Shown here: positions 16,083 through 25,843 of the stretch, piece by piece
Numbering within the stretch: position 1 is the stretch's first letter
Layout of the letters: each line of letters starts with the position of its first letter
Assembly (NCBI GenBank): GCA_021735045.1
Contig: JAIPHU010000007.1
Coordinates: forward strand, 1 to 32,000
Origin: Candidatus Omnitrophota bacterium
GTDB lineage: Bacteria; Omnitrophota; Gorgyraeia; Duberdicusellales; 4484-171
Length of the DNA stretch: 32,000 nt
Direction of reading: 5' to 3'
Notes under the pieces: generated by a model
The model's input: the letters and a program-made list of their open reading frames with translations, nothing else
Told to the model about the DNA's origin: nothing
The model's database searches: none
Made by a program: the position numbers and the translations under genes

Positions 16083-17345
16083 TCATTTGATTCGTTTTAT
16101 GTTTGCTCCTAATTTTTGCAGTTTATCTTCAATATTTTCATAACCTCGGTCAATATGATATATCCTTGAGATCTTACTGGAGCCTTCTGCAGCTAAACCA
16201 GCAACCACCAAAGCGGCTGAGGCACGCAGGTCAGAAGCTTGAGTTTGGGCCCCTTGTAACTTATTACGCCCCTCTATTATAGCATAAGGGCCAGTTTTTT
16301 GAATAAGCGCACCCATTCGATTTAATTCTGCTACATGCATAAACCGATCCGGATAAATCTTTTCATTAATCAACGATATTCCATTTGCTTTAGCCAAACA
16401 AGCCATAAACTGTGCCTGAAGATCAGTAGGAAAACCCGGATAAGGCAAAGTTGTTATATTAACCGCTTTTAGCTTCTTAGGCGGTTTTATTTCAATCTGT
16501 CTAGATTTACTACTTACTGTAATTTTAGTTCCCATCTTTCTAGATGCTTCAAATACAGAAGTAAGGTGACTAGGGTCAGCTCCTTCTATTGTGATCTTAG
16601 AACTAGCCGCCATCGCAGCAGCAACAAAAGTACCGGCCTCTATCCTATCTGGTATTACCTCAAATTCACAACCCTCTAACCTCTTTTTTCCTTTTATTTT
16701 TATCAAGGGAGTACCATAACCTTGAATTTCTGCTCCCATCTTTTCTAAAAATTGGCCTAATGCATTTATCTCCGGTTCACAAGCAGCGTGTTCAATAAAT
16801 GTATCCCCTTGAGCTAATACCGCAGCCATCATCACATTCGCTGTAGCTAAAACCGATGAGCCAAACGGGCCACCGAGGTATATATGATTTCCTTTTAACT
16901 TTTTTACCTCAGCCTGGCAATACCCCTTCTTTATAGAAATATCTGCCCCTAAACTAGCTAAACCTTTAATATGTAAATTTACCGGACGCGGCCCAATAAC
17001 ACAGCCTCCTGGCAAAGCTACTTTGGCTTTTTTGACCTTGGCTAAAAGAGGCCCCAGGCAACAAAAAGAAGCCCGCATAGTTTTAACCAATCGATAAGGA
17101 GCCACGTGCTTTCTGGGCTTTTTTGATTCAACTACTAAAATATTATCTTTAAAACTTATCTTTTTACCTAAGACTTCCAAAATCTTAATCATTGTAGTTA
17201 TGTCCCTAAGACAAGGAACATTTTTAACTACACACTTATTATCTGTAAGTAAAGTCGCTGCCATAATCGGTAAAGCTGCGTTCTTAGACCCACTTATCCT
17301 GACAGTTCCAGAAAGTTTTGATTTTTCTACAATAAATTTATCCAT
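16083..17345 (-). CDS. murA: UDP-N-acetylglucosamine 1-carboxyvinyltransferase
   Basis: 420 aa with ISGSKNAALPIMAA, the catalytic Cys loop LPGGCVIGPRPVNLH, and HIDRGYE near the C-terminus. Confidence 0.95.
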   Translation of the reverse strand: MDKFIVEKSKLSGTVRISGSKNAALPIMAATLLTDNKCVVKNVPCLRDITTMIKILEVLGKKISFKDNILVVESKKPRKHVAPYRLVKTMRASFCCLGPLLAKVKKAKVALPGGCVIGPRPVNLHIKGLASLGADISIKKGYCQAEVKKLKGNHIYLGGPFGSSVLATANVMMAAVLAQGDTFIEHAACEPEINALGQFLEKMGAEIQGYGTPLIKIKGKKRLEGCEFEVIPDRIEAGTFVAAAMAASSKITIEGADPSHLTSVFEASRKMGTKITVSSKSRQIEIKPPKKLKAVNITTLPYPGFPTDLQAQFMACLAKANGISLINEKIYPDRFMHVAELNRMGALIQKTGPYAIIEGRNKLQGAQTQASDLRASAALVVAGLAAEGSSKISRIYHIDRGYENIEDKLQKLGANIKRIK

Positions 17346-17392
17346 AATTTTATCATCTCTCTACCTCATTCTAAAAACAATAACACTCCTTA

Positions 17393-17494
17393 CATCATCA
17401 ACGAATTTACTAATCTCATACGAATATAGGAATGAATAAAAATAACGGTTAGTCGTGAACCAAGAATCAGAAACTAATTCGTACATTCGTTGAT
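17393..17494. repeat. family B word-palindrome, copy B2 (prmC|murA spacer), right arm partly replaced
   Basis: The left arm matches B1 at 36 of 39 positions. The outer ATCAACGAAT (17397-17406) pairs with ATTCGTTGAT (17485-17494). Confidence 0.7.
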
Positions 17495-17500
17495 TATCTT

Positions 17501-18337
17501 CTATCCTCTTTTCTGCAAAACGACTCCTCGCCAATTTTTTCCGTAATCTTTAATCCACTGTTTGATTTTATATTGCCTATTTTTACAAATAATGTCTTCT
17601 ATTTTCTTTTTTTGCCCATAACCAAACTCCATAATTAAGTATCCTTTGTCAGTTAGGTATTTATAGGCCTGAGCAATTATTTTTTTAATTAAATTAAGGC
17701 CGTCTTTACCTCCATCTAATGCTAATTTTGGTTCATAACTTAAGCTGCCTTTGATGTTTTCACTTTCTACATAAGGAGGATTGGTTATGATTAAATCAAA
17801 ACTATCTTTTTTAAACGCAGAAAATAAGTTTGAATTAACAATTTTAACCTTTGTACCCAAATTAACAGCATTTTCTCTGGCTAAAGCTAAACTTTTTAAA
17901 CTTAGATCTGAAAGATATACCTTTAGGTCAGCTGTTATTAATTTATCTAGACTAATACCAATATTTCCACAACCAGAACATAAATCTAGAATTTTCTCTA
18001 AACTATTTTTACTAATAAGTTCTTGAGCCGCTTCAGTCAATAGTTCAGTTTCAGGCCTAGGGATTAAGGCATCTTTATTTACTTTGAAACTAAAACCAAA
18101 AAACTCTTCTCTATCTAAAGATAAAGCTAAAGGAACCCCTTTGGATCTATCAACTCTTATCTTATCTAATTTTTCTATTTGTTTTTTACCTAAAAGCCGA
18201 TTGCCCTCTCTAGATAAAGAAACTAACCCATCTCTGGCAAAACCCTTAAATATAACGTTTAACTCTGATAGACTAAAATTTCTTTTATTTTCCTTATACC
18301 AATCCTTTAGCTTCATATATCTTCTTTCTTTCCTCAT
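17501..18337 (-). CDS. prmC: release-factor glutamine N5-methyltransferase
   Basis: 278 aa with the SAM-binding [12 protein letters not shown] and the catalytic IITNPPYV. It lies directly after prfA, as is common. The start is uncertain (ATG 18337 or ATG 18316), and both options overlap the prfA 3' end. Confidence 0.85.
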   Translation of the reverse strand: MRKERRYMKLKDWYKENKRNFSLSELNVIFKGFARDGLVSLSREGNRLLGKKQIEKLDKIRVDRSKGVPLALSLDREEFFGFSFKVNKDALIPRPETELLTEAAQELISKNSLEKILDLCSGCGNIGISLDKLITADLKVYLSDLSLKSLALARENAVNLGTKVKIVNSNLFSAFKKDSFDLIITNPPYVESENIKGSLSYEPKLALDGGKDGLNLIKKIIAQAYKYLTDKGYLIMEFGYGQKKKIEDIICKNRQYKIKQWIKDYGKNWRGVVLQKRG

Positions 18338-19361
18338 TGATCAATGGTTTAACAACCTCATCAAGATTACCTTCTAATATTTGATCAAGTTTATAAATAG
18401 TGAAGTTAATCCTATGATCTGTTACTCTTTTTTCGCCAAAGTTATAAGTACGAATCTTTTCGCTTCTTTGGCCACTTCCTACTTGAGTCTTGCGCAACTT
18501 ACTAACCTTGGAAGCTTCTTCCTCCATCTTTTTTTCCATGATTTTTGCCTTGAGGACCCGAAGAGCCTTGGCCCTATTTTTTATCTGAGAACGTTCATCT
18601 TGACAACTCACTATAACACCAGTAGGAAGATGAGTCATCCTCACCGCCGAGTCTGTCACATTGACATGCTGGCCACCGGCTCCGGAAGCTCTATAGGTAT
18701 CAATTTTTAAATCATCCGGTGAAATTTTTAGCTCGACTTCTTTTGGTTCAACCAATACCGCAACTGTCACTGTAGAAGTATGAATCCTTCCTCCTGATTC
18801 GGTAGTAGGAACTCTCTGGACCCGATGAACTCCACTTTCAAACTTAAGGCGGGAAAATGACTTTTTACCTTTTAAAGAAAAAACTATCTCTTTAAATCCG
18901 CCGATTTCGGTTAGATGAGAACTCAAAACCTCTACCTTCCAGCCTTTCTTTTCTGCATACTTGGTATACATCTTGTAAAGATCACCAGCAAAAAGCGAAG
19001 ACTCTTCTCCTCCCGCTGCAGCTCTAATTTCGATAATTAAATCCCTCTCCGGCTCATTTTCCTCAAAGAGTTTATTTTCTATATTCTTTTTTGTTTTTTC
19101 TATTTTTTTATTAACTTCTTCTAATTCAGACTGGGCTAACTCTTTCATCTGATCTGCCTCTTCTTCCAACATCTCTTTAAGCTGTTTTTTTTCTTTCTTA
19201 AGCTTTTCCTTCAATTCAACAAGATCAATTAAATCTTTTAGGTAAGAATAACGCTTTGCTAATTTTTTGTAGTAATCTCTATTAGCTAAGGTTTCAGGCA
19301 GGGAGAGTTCTTTTTCTATTTTGTCATACTCTTTTTTTAGTTTTGTAAGATCAATTTCCAT
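18294..19361 (-). CDS. prfA: peptide chain release factor 1
   Basis: It has GGQ (SGAGGQHVN) and an RF1-type tripeptide region [18 protein letters not shown] place the start at ATG 19361 ([10 protein letters not shown]...). The ORF-track start at 19388 is a TTG inside the family E repeat. Confidence 0.9.
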   Translation of the reverse strand: MEIDLTKLKKEYDKIEKELSLPETLANRDYYKKLAKRYSYLKDLIDLVELKEKLKKEKKQLKEMLEEEADQMKELAQSELEEVNKKIEKTKKNIENKLFEENEPERDLIIEIRAAAGGEESSLFAGDLYKMYTKYAEKKGWKVEVLSSHLTEIGGFKEIVFSLKGKKSFSRLKFESGVHRVQRVPTTESGGRIHTSTVTVAVLVEPKEVELKISPDDLKIDTYRASGAGGQHVNVTDSAVRMTHLPTGVIVSCQDERSQIKNRAKALRVLKAKIMEKKMEEEASKVSKLRKTQVGSGQRSEKIRTYNFGEKRVTDHRINFTIYKLDQILEGNLDEVVKPLINEERKKIYEAKGLV

Positions 19362-19386
19362 GCTCAAATTCGAAATATACAATGCC

Positions 19387-19540
19387 AAATAAACAAATTA
19401 CAAACAATATACAATATACAACTTCCAAACCGGAAAGTATGTTGCTTTTTCTGAATTTATAAATCCTTTATTCTTTTTTGTTTATTGGATATTGCAATTT
19501 GTGATTTGTTTGTAATTTGGAATTTGTTTATTGTTTATTT
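19387..19540. repeat. family E word-palindrome in the rpmE|prfA spacer
   Basis: The left arm is AAATAAACAAATTACAAACAATATACAATATACAACTTCCAA. The right arm is TTGGATATTGCAATTTGTGATTTGTTTGTAATTTGGAATTTGTTTATTGTTTATTT. They share complementary TTGTTTGTAATTTG and GTTTATTT blocks, and the arms differ by whole-heptamer indels. Confidence 0.65.
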
Positions 19541-19547
19541 CGTGCTT

Positions 19548-19763
19548 TTATCTTCCTTTACCCTTGCTCTTTTTGTACTTCTTATAGAACTTGTCTACTC
19601 TTCCTTCCGAGTCAACAAATCTTTGCTTTCCGGTAAAAAAAGGATGACACTTAGAACAAATTTCTACATTTATCGTTTCTTTTGTAGAACGAGTGTGAAC
19701 TACATTCCCACAAGCACACATAATTGTAGATTTTTTATAGTTAGGATGTCCTTTCTTTTTCAT
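19548..19763 (-). CDS. rpmE: 50S ribosomal protein L31 (Cys-containing type)
   Basis: 71 aa with [14 protein letters not shown]...[13 protein letters not shown] strong SD GGAGGT lies upstream. Confidence 0.92.
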   Translation of the reverse strand: MKKKGHPNYKKSTIMCACGNVVHTRSTKETINVEICSKCHPFFTGKQRFVDSEGRVDKFYKKYKKSKGKGR

Positions 19764-19831
19764 CTCTTACCTCCATAATTTTCTTTGTTTTTTAAAACTA
19801 AAATTTAATTCGTTAACTTCTTCTAACTTAT

Positions 19832-19906
19832 CTAGCTATTGATGGAACCAATAATTGCTTTTTTCCAAGACAAGTAGCTTTTGCTGTCGCAAAAGATTGG
19901 TTTCAT
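19832..19906 (-). CDS. candidate 24-codon upstream sORF (MKPIFCDSKSYLSWKKAIIGSINS)
   Basis: It starts with an exact 23-nt copy of the rpmE SD/ATG/AAA region (19901-19923 = 19758-19780). A hairpin CTTTTGC-GACA-GCAAAAG lies inside it. I recognise no homology. Confidence 0.25.
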   Translation of the reverse strand: MKPIFCDSKSYLSWKKAIIGSINS

Positions 19907-19943
19907 CTCTTACCTCCATAATTACTTTAATATTTATCATTTT

Positions 19944-20015
19944 GTTCTACGTTCAATGTTCTACGTTCTACGTCAATAATATTTTTCAATAACGTTGAAC
20001 GTCGCACGTTGAACG
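19944..20015. repeat. family A word-palindrome, copy A2 (32 nt after the rho stop)
   Basis: The left arm 19944-19973 matches A1 at 28 of 30 positions. The right arm 19991-20015 matches A1 at 24 of 25. Confidence 0.8.
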
Positions 20016-20047
20016 AATAGTTAAATAGCTATGAATCATGTATTATA

Positions 20048-21352
20048 TCACTTTTTTTCTAAAGTAAGAAGGAATTCTATGTTATTTTGAGTTTTAGATA
20101 ATTTTTGGATTAAAAGTTCAAGAGCTTCAGCAGAGCTTAATTCATTTAACCCTTTTCTTAGCAACCAGATTCTTTTAAGCTCATCCGGGTTAATCAATAA
20201 CTCTTCCCTTCTTGTATTTGATCTTTTTATATCAATTGAGGGATAAATTCTTTTTTGAAAAATAGTCCTGTCTAAAGTAATCTCCATATTACCTGTACCT
20301 TTAAACTCTTCAAAGATTACATCATCCATACGAGAACCGGTATCAACCAAAGCTGTTGCAATTATAGTCAAGGATCCGCCTTCTTCTTCAGCCCGAGCTG
20401 CCCCAAAAAATCTTTTTGGTTTATGCAAAGCATTGGAATCTATACCCCCTGACAAAATTCTGCCTGAATGCGGCTCAACTAAATTATAAGCTCTAGCTAA
20501 ACGGGTAATAGAATCAAGCAAAATTACTACATCTTTTTTATGCTCAACTAATTTTTTTGCCCTTTCAATCACCATCTCCGCTACTTGAATATGCCTTTGA
20601 GCTGGTTCATCAAAAGTAGAACTTATAACTTCACCTTTAACAATATTTTCCATTTCAGTCACTTCTTCCGGCCTTTCATCGATTAAAAGGACCATCAAAG
20701 TAACGTCAGGATAGTTTTTCATAATCCCATTTGCTACCTTTTGCAAAAGTACAGTTTTACCACTATAAGGAGGTGCAACAATTAAACCCCTTTGGCCTTT
20801 ACCAATAGGACACAATAAATCTAGAACTCGAGTTGACAGTACCTTTGGCTCTGTCTCTAAGATAACTCTTTCTTTGGGATAAATAGGGGTCAAGTTGTCA
20901 AAAAGAACTCTATTTCTAGCTTCTTCAGGATTCTCATAGTTTACTGCTTCAACTTTTAGTAAAGCAAAATATTTTTCACTGTCTTTAGGAGGACGAATTT
21001 GTCCACTAACGGTATCTCCTGTCCTTAAGGAAAATTTCCTAATCTGAGAAGGAGATACATAGATATCATCCGGTGAAGGCAGATAACTATAGTTTTTCGA
21101 ACGTAAAAAACCAAAGCCTTCCGGTAAAACCTCTAGGACTCCATCACCAAACATAAAACCCTTTTTCTCGGTTTGAGCCTGTAAAATTTTAAAAATAAGT
21201 TCTTGCTTCCTTAACCCACTTATCCCGCCTACGTTAAGGCGTTTAGCAATCTTATTTAATTCAACTGACTTTAACTCTTTCAATGTTCCAATATCAACAC
21301 TATCGTCAACTTTTTGTTCTTTTTTCTTTAAGTCTTGTCTATCTTTTGCCAC
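20048..21352 (-). CDS. rho: transcription termination factor Rho
   Basis: 434 aa with RNA-binding EGFGFLRS, the Walker A region [16 protein letters not shown], and [10 protein letters not shown]. The GTG start at 21352 follows AAGGAGGT and lies inside the coaE 3' end. Confidence 0.95.
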   Translation of the reverse strand: MAKDRQDLKKKEQKVDDSVDIGTLKELKSVELNKIAKRLNVGGISGLRKQELIFKILQAQTEKKGFMFGDGVLEVLPEGFGFLRSKNYSYLPSPDDIYVSPSQIRKFSLRTGDTVSGQIRPPKDSEKYFALLKVEAVNYENPEEARNRVLFDNLTPIYPKERVILETEPKVLSTRVLDLLCPIGKGQRGLIVAPPYSGKTVLLQKVANGIMKNYPDVTLMVLLIDERPEEVTEMENIVKGEVISSTFDEPAQRHIQVAEMVIERAKKLVEHKKDVVILLDSITRLARAYNLVEPHSGRILSGGIDSNALHKPKRFFGAARAEEEGGSLTIIATALVDTGSRMDDVIFEEFKGTGNMEITLDRTIFQKRIYPSIDIKRSNTRREELLINPDELKRIWLLRKGLNELSSAEALELLIQKLSKTQNNIEFLLTLEKK

Positions 21353-21915
21353 AATAAACTAACCTCCTTTTCTAGATTTTCTAAACCTAAATTATTTTCT
21401 AATATAAAATCCGCTTTTTCTAACTTTTTCTCTTTAGATAAATATAAAGATAACCTTTTGGCGATCTCCTTATCACTGAACTTATAGTTTTTCTTTAACC
21501 TTTCTACTAAAATATCTTTTTTAACCTCCATTAAAATAGTTTTATCAAATAATCCTTCTAGATTTTTCTCAAAAAGAAGAGGAACCTCAGCAAGATAGGC
21601 TTCTTGTTTTTCTTTTGATTCAAACCATTTATTCAATAACCTGATAATTTCAGGATGAACAATTTGTTCAAGTTTTTCTAGCTTTTCGGAGTCATTAAAT
21701 ACTACCTGAGCTAACTTATCCCGAGAAATATATCCTTCTAACTGAACATCAGGAAAAGCCTCTACTACCTTTTTATAAACTGGATGATTGGGATTTTGAT
21801 AAAATTGATGAATTTTTTGGTCACAGTTAAATGTTTTTGCCCCAAGTTTAGCAAATAACCTACTAACTGTAGTTTTTCCACTCCCGATTACACCAGTTAA
21901 GCCAATCTTAGACAT
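21328..21915 (-). CDS. coaE: dephospho-CoA kinase
   Basis: 195 aa with the P-loop [14 protein letters not shown] at the N-terminus, and length and layout typical of CoaE. Confidence 0.85.
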   Translation of the reverse strand: MSKIGLTGVIGSGKTTVSRLFAKLGAKTFNCDQKIHQFYQNPNHPVYKKVVEAFPDVQLEGYISRDKLAQVVFNDSEKLEKLEQIVHPEIIRLLNKWFESKEKQEAYLAEVPLLFEKNLEGLFDKTILMEVKKDILVERLKKNYKFSDKEIAKRLSLYLSKEKKLEKADFILENNLGLENLEKEVSLLWQKIDKT

Positions 21916-21922
21916 TTTTATT

Positions 21923-23305
21923 TTACTCTGCTGCTTTAGCTAGGCCTTGATAAAGATCTAGGTATTTTTTTGCAGCCTTCTTCCAGGAAAAATCTTTTTT
22001 CATGTTAACTTTAACAACTGAGTTCCATTTCTTTCTATCTTTAAATAACCTTTGCGCCTTTTTAAAAACTTTAATCAAACTGTTTTTATCATATTTTTTT
22101 AAAGTAAACCCGGATCCTCCTCTAGATATATCAGACACAGTATCAACCAAGCCACCGGTTAAGTTAACTAAAGGAATTGTCCCATATTTAAAGCTAATCA
22201 ATTGGGATAAGCCACAAGGCTCAAACCGTGAAGGAAGCAAAAAAACGTCTGAGGCAGCATAAATCTTATGAGCTAGAGTTTCATCAAAATCAATATGGAG
22301 AGAAAAATTATCTTTATTATTTCTTTGGATTTGCTTAAGCTTTTTATGATATTTAATATCACCGGTTCCTAAAATTATCAACTGCGACTTATCCAGTATA
22401 GATTCTATACTTTCGGTTAAAATATCTAAGCCTTTTTGTTCGGTTAACCTGCTTACCATTCCAAATAAAAGCGTGTCTTTATCCTGGCAAAGCCCTGTCT
22501 CTTTTTGCAAACTAAGTTTGTTCTCTAATTTTTTCTTTAAAGATTTCCTATATTTGGTATAGATAAAATCGTCATCCTTAGGATCCCAAACATTATAATC
22601 TATACCATTTAAAATACCTCTTAGACAGTTTTTTTTCTCAGCTAATACCCCTTCCAGGCCACAGCCAAACTCTTTTTTCTGAATTTGCCTGGCGTAAGTA
22701 GGGCTAACTGTAGTTATTGCATCTGAAAAAATAATCCCCCCTTTTAGGAGATTAATCTTTCCGTAAAACTCTAGATAGTGCATATTAAAATAGTCCCAGG
22801 AAATACCTAGATGCTCAAAATCCTTCTTAGCAAATATCCCTTGAAAGACTAAATTATGAATAGTAAGAATAGTTTTTGTATCTTGAAAAAAATCATCATC
22901 TTTATAAAAAATATTTAGATAGATACTAACCAAAGAAGTTTGCCAATCGTTGTTGTGAATGATATCTGGAGAAAAATTAATCTCTTTTAAAACTTTAAGT
23001 ATCTGACGAGAAAAAAAAGAAAATCTTTCTAAGTTATCCGGATAATCACCAGTTTCAGTTGTATAGAGATAATCCCTTTTAAAAAAATGTTCATTTTTTA
23101 TAAAAACAACTTCAACACCTTGATGTTTTATTGTAGCAAAATCATCAAAATGCTTATCTGGTTTTATTCCTTTATACCAAGGCATAAATATCTTTACCTG
23201 ATGGCCTAAGGCAGCCAAGCTTAAAGGCAGAGCTCCACTGACATCAGCTAATCCACCAGTCTTAGCAAAAGGATATACTTCTGAAGAACAAAATGCTATA
23301 TTCAT
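21923..23305 (-). CDS. glgA: glycogen (starch) synthase, GT5 family
   Basis: 460 aa with the N-terminal SEVYPFAKTGGLADV motif and the C-terminal PSRFEPCGL. Confidence 0.9.
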   Translation of the reverse strand: MNIAFCSSEVYPFAKTGGLADVSGALPLSLAALGHQVKIFMPWYKGIKPDKHFDDFATIKHQGVEVVFIKNEHFFKRDYLYTTETGDYPDNLERFSFFSRQILKVLKEINFSPDIIHNNDWQTSLVSIYLNIFYKDDDFFQDTKTILTIHNLVFQGIFAKKDFEHLGISWDYFNMHYLEFYGKINLLKGGIIFSDAITTVSPTYARQIQKKEFGCGLEGVLAEKKNCLRGILNGIDYNVWDPKDDDFIYTKYRKSLKKKLENKLSLQKETGLCQDKDTLLFGMVSRLTEQKGLDILTESIESILDKSQLIILGTGDIKYHKKLKQIQRNNKDNFSLHIDFDETLAHKIYAASDVFLLPSRFEPCGLSQLISFKYGTIPLVNLTGGLVDTVSDISRGGSGFTLKKYDKNSLIKVFKKAQRLFKDRKKWNSVVKVNMKKDFSWKKAAKKYLDLYQGLAKAAE

Positions 23306-25809
23306 ATTATTTTTGCATCAGCCCAATTTTTACCGGCTTTGATATTTACTTTAAGAGGAACAGATAAATTAAAACCGTTTTCCATCTTATCTTTTAATAC
23401 TGGCAAAAAACCTTCTAAAGCATCTTTTGCTACATCAAAAACAAGTTCATCATGAATCTGCATAGTTAAGTTAGCATTTATTTTTTTCTTGGTTATTTCC
23501 TCATCTAGTTTAATCATAGCTATCTTTATTATATCGGCACAGCTACCTTGAATCGGAGCATTTACTGCCTGTCTTTTAGCAAATTCATAAAGACGCGGGT
23601 TGCTGCTATTAATTTGAGATAAGTTCCTTTTCCTCTTAAAAATTGTCTCGGCATAACCATCTTTTTTAGTTTTGCTAACTACTTTTTCTATATATTTTTC
23701 TACTTTTGGATAACGGCCAAAGTAGTTTTGGATAAACTCTTGAGCTTGGCCAAAACCTATTCCCAGTTCTTTAGCTAATCCATAAGGACTCATCCCATAG
23801 ACTATCCCAAAATTTACTTTTTTAGCAATATTTCTTTGTGCATCAGTTACATCTTCTTCTAAAAGATCAAAAAGTAAAGATGCTGTGTATCTATGAATAT
23901 CTAAATCTTTACCAAAAGCTTCTCTTAAATTCTTATCTTTGGAGATATGAGCTAAAATTCTTAGTTCTATCTGGGAATAATCCCCGCAAACTATAAAACC
24001 ACCTTCTTCTGAAGGGACAAAAGCTTTCCTTAACTGAGATGAAAATTCTCCTTTTACCGGGATGCTTTGTAGGTTCGGCGAAGAAGAAGAAAGACGTCCA
24101 GTTTGAGTTCCAGTTTGGTTAAATTGAGCATGCAACTTATTGCCAAACTCTTGCACCTTTTTAATTAAAGGAAGCAGATAAGTATTTTTTAATTTGCTTA
24201 ACTCCCTATATTGCAATATATCTTCTGCTATTGGATGATTTAGGGCTAAACTTTTTAAAACTTCTTCGCTAGTCGAATAGCCTGTTTTTGTTTTCTTCAG
24301 CGGTTTAATGCCTAGATCAGAAAAAAGCAGTTCTTGAAGCTGTTTAGGAGAGTTCAAGTTAAGCTCTCTTTTAGCTATTTTAAAAATCGCTTTTTTTATT
24401 CCAGATATTTTTTTATCTACTTTAGATAAAACTTTTTCTAATTGCCTTATATCTATATTTATCCCTTGAGACTGCATCTTATAAAGTATCTCCACCAAAG
24501 GCATCTCAATATCAAAGAAAAGTTTATCTAGATTATCTTCGGCTAACCTTTCTTTTAAAATTTCATATAACTTTCCAATAAAATATGGATATGACTCTAG
24601 TTTAATCTCTGAATAATATTTACCTAAAAACAAAACAACCAATGAAGATAGACTATAGTCTGATATAGATGAATCTACCAGATAGGAAGCTATCTTTATA
24701 TCAAATGTTTTACCTTTGATACCTAAGCCAGGACAGTTTACCATTTGATCTTTTAGTTCAAATGTCACCTTTTCTATAGAAGAATCTGTAAGAACCGGCC
24801 TAAACTTCTCTAGCTTTTCTTTGTATAAACTATCTTTATCTAAATCATAAATATATATATCTTGAGCATCAATAAAATATATAAAAGGTAACTGAGAATT
24901 AACTTTAGCCGGATCTAGACTTTTCCCATTTTTTACTTTTATCTTATTAGATTCATCTTGGCTAAAAAACTTATCTTTGGGTATTTTAAACTCTAACTCA
25001 GAAAAAAGACTAACTAAACTATCTTTATCGACTTTATCTTTTTTTAACTGATCTACTTTCATTTTTAGCTTTGGTTCTGCTAGCTGGGCCAGTTCTTTAC
25101 TTAAGATGATTTGTTCTTTATTGTCTTTTATCCGCTTGGCTTCTTTAGGACTTAACTTATCTAGATTTTTAAAGATATTATCAATACTGCCAAACTCTTT
25201 AATTAATTTAGTAGCGCCTACTTTTCCAATTCCCTTTGCTCCAGGGATATTATCCGAAGCATCGCCTAATAAAGAAAGATAATCCGCCATATAACAAGGT
25301 TTAAAACCATACTTTTTAATAAAATCCTGCTGCTTATAAAATTTTTGCTCTCGGTAGTTATAAACAGAAATACCTTCATTAGCCAAAAGCTGGTAAAGGT
25401 CTTTGTCTGAACTAACCACTACCACTTGCCTGTTTTGGTTTATCGCTTCTTTAGCTAGTGAAGCTATAACATCATCAGCTTCATATTTTTCTTTTTCAAC
25501 AGTTTTTAAACCTAAAGCTTTGATTAATCTGCGAATTATAGGAAATTGTGATTTTAGTTCATCGGGCAAAGGCGGCCTTTGTATTTTATAGTCTTTATAT
25601 TTCTTTTGCCGATGAGTTTTTCTCGATACATCAAAGCAAATACCGATAAATTCAGCTTCTTGTTCTAAAATAAGCTTTTTTAAGGTCCGGTAGAACCCAT
25701 AAACAGCCCCAGTGGGAACTCCAGATGAACTACTAAGTTTTATCGCAAAATGAGAACGATAACATAAGGAAGTGCCATCAATCAAATATAATTTTTTATT
25801 AGACATCAA
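23302..25809 (-). CDS. polA: DNA polymerase I
   Basis: 835 aa with a 5' nuclease domain (LYLIDG, GDASDNIPG). Pol motifs are A (CGDYSQIELRILAH), B (RNIAKKVNFGIVYGMS) and C (QIHDELVFD). The central exonuclease-like region looks degenerate. Confidence 0.95.
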   Translation of the reverse strand: MMSNKKLYLIDGTSLCYRSHFAIKLSSSSGVPTGAVYGFYRTLKKLILEQEAEFIGICFDVSRKTHRQKKYKDYKIQRPPLPDELKSQFPIIRRLIKALGLKTVEKEKYEADDVIASLAKEAINQNRQVVVVSSDKDLYQLLANEGISVYNYREQKFYKQQDFIKKYGFKPCYMADYLSLLGDASDNIPGAKGIGKVGATKLIKEFGSIDNIFKNLDKLSPKEAKRIKDNKEQIILSKELAQLAEPKLKMKVDQLKKDKVDKDSLVSLFSELEFKIPKDKFFSQDESNKIKVKNGKSLDPAKVNSQLPFIYFIDAQDIYIYDLDKDSLYKEKLEKFRPVLTDSSIEKVTFELKDQMVNCPGLGIKGKTFDIKIASYLVDSSISDYSLSSLVVLFLGKYYSEIKLESYPYFIGKLYEILKERLAEDNLDKLFFDIEMPLVEILYKMQSQGINIDIRQLEKVLSKVDKKISGIKKAIFKIAKRELNLNSPKQLQELLFSDLGIKPLKKTKTGYSTSEEVLKSLALNHPIAEDILQYRELSKLKNTYLLPLIKKVQEFGNKLHAQFNQTGTQTGRLSSSSPNLQSIPVKGEFSSQLRKAFVPSEEGGFIVCGDYSQIELRILAHISKDKNLREAFGKDLDIHRYTASLLFDLLEEDVTDAQRNIAKKVNFGIVYGMSPYGLAKELGIGFGQAQEFIQNYFGRYPKVEKYIEKVVSKTKKDGYAETIFKRKRNLSQINSSNPRLYEFAKRQAVNAPIQGSCADIIKIAMIKLDEEITKKKINANLTMQIHDELVFDVAKDALEGFLPVLKDKMENGFNLSVPLKVNIKAGKNWADAKII

Positions 25810-25843
25810 TATTTAGAATTATGAATAAAGGAGTGACTATTAT

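Noticed and set aside
19362-19388. N-terminal extension of prfA from the TTG at 19388 (MALYISNLS...).
   Set aside because: The extension is encoded by the family E repeat arm and starts with TTG. The ATG at 19361 gives an N-terminus ([19 protein letters not shown]) like other RF1 proteins.
11704-20015. Whether the short tandem words (families A, B, E) could be CRISPR arrays.
   Set aside because: The units are 7-8 nt and directly abutting, with no spacers. They are arranged as inverted arms, they occur as isolated elements under 110 nt, and no cas genes are present.
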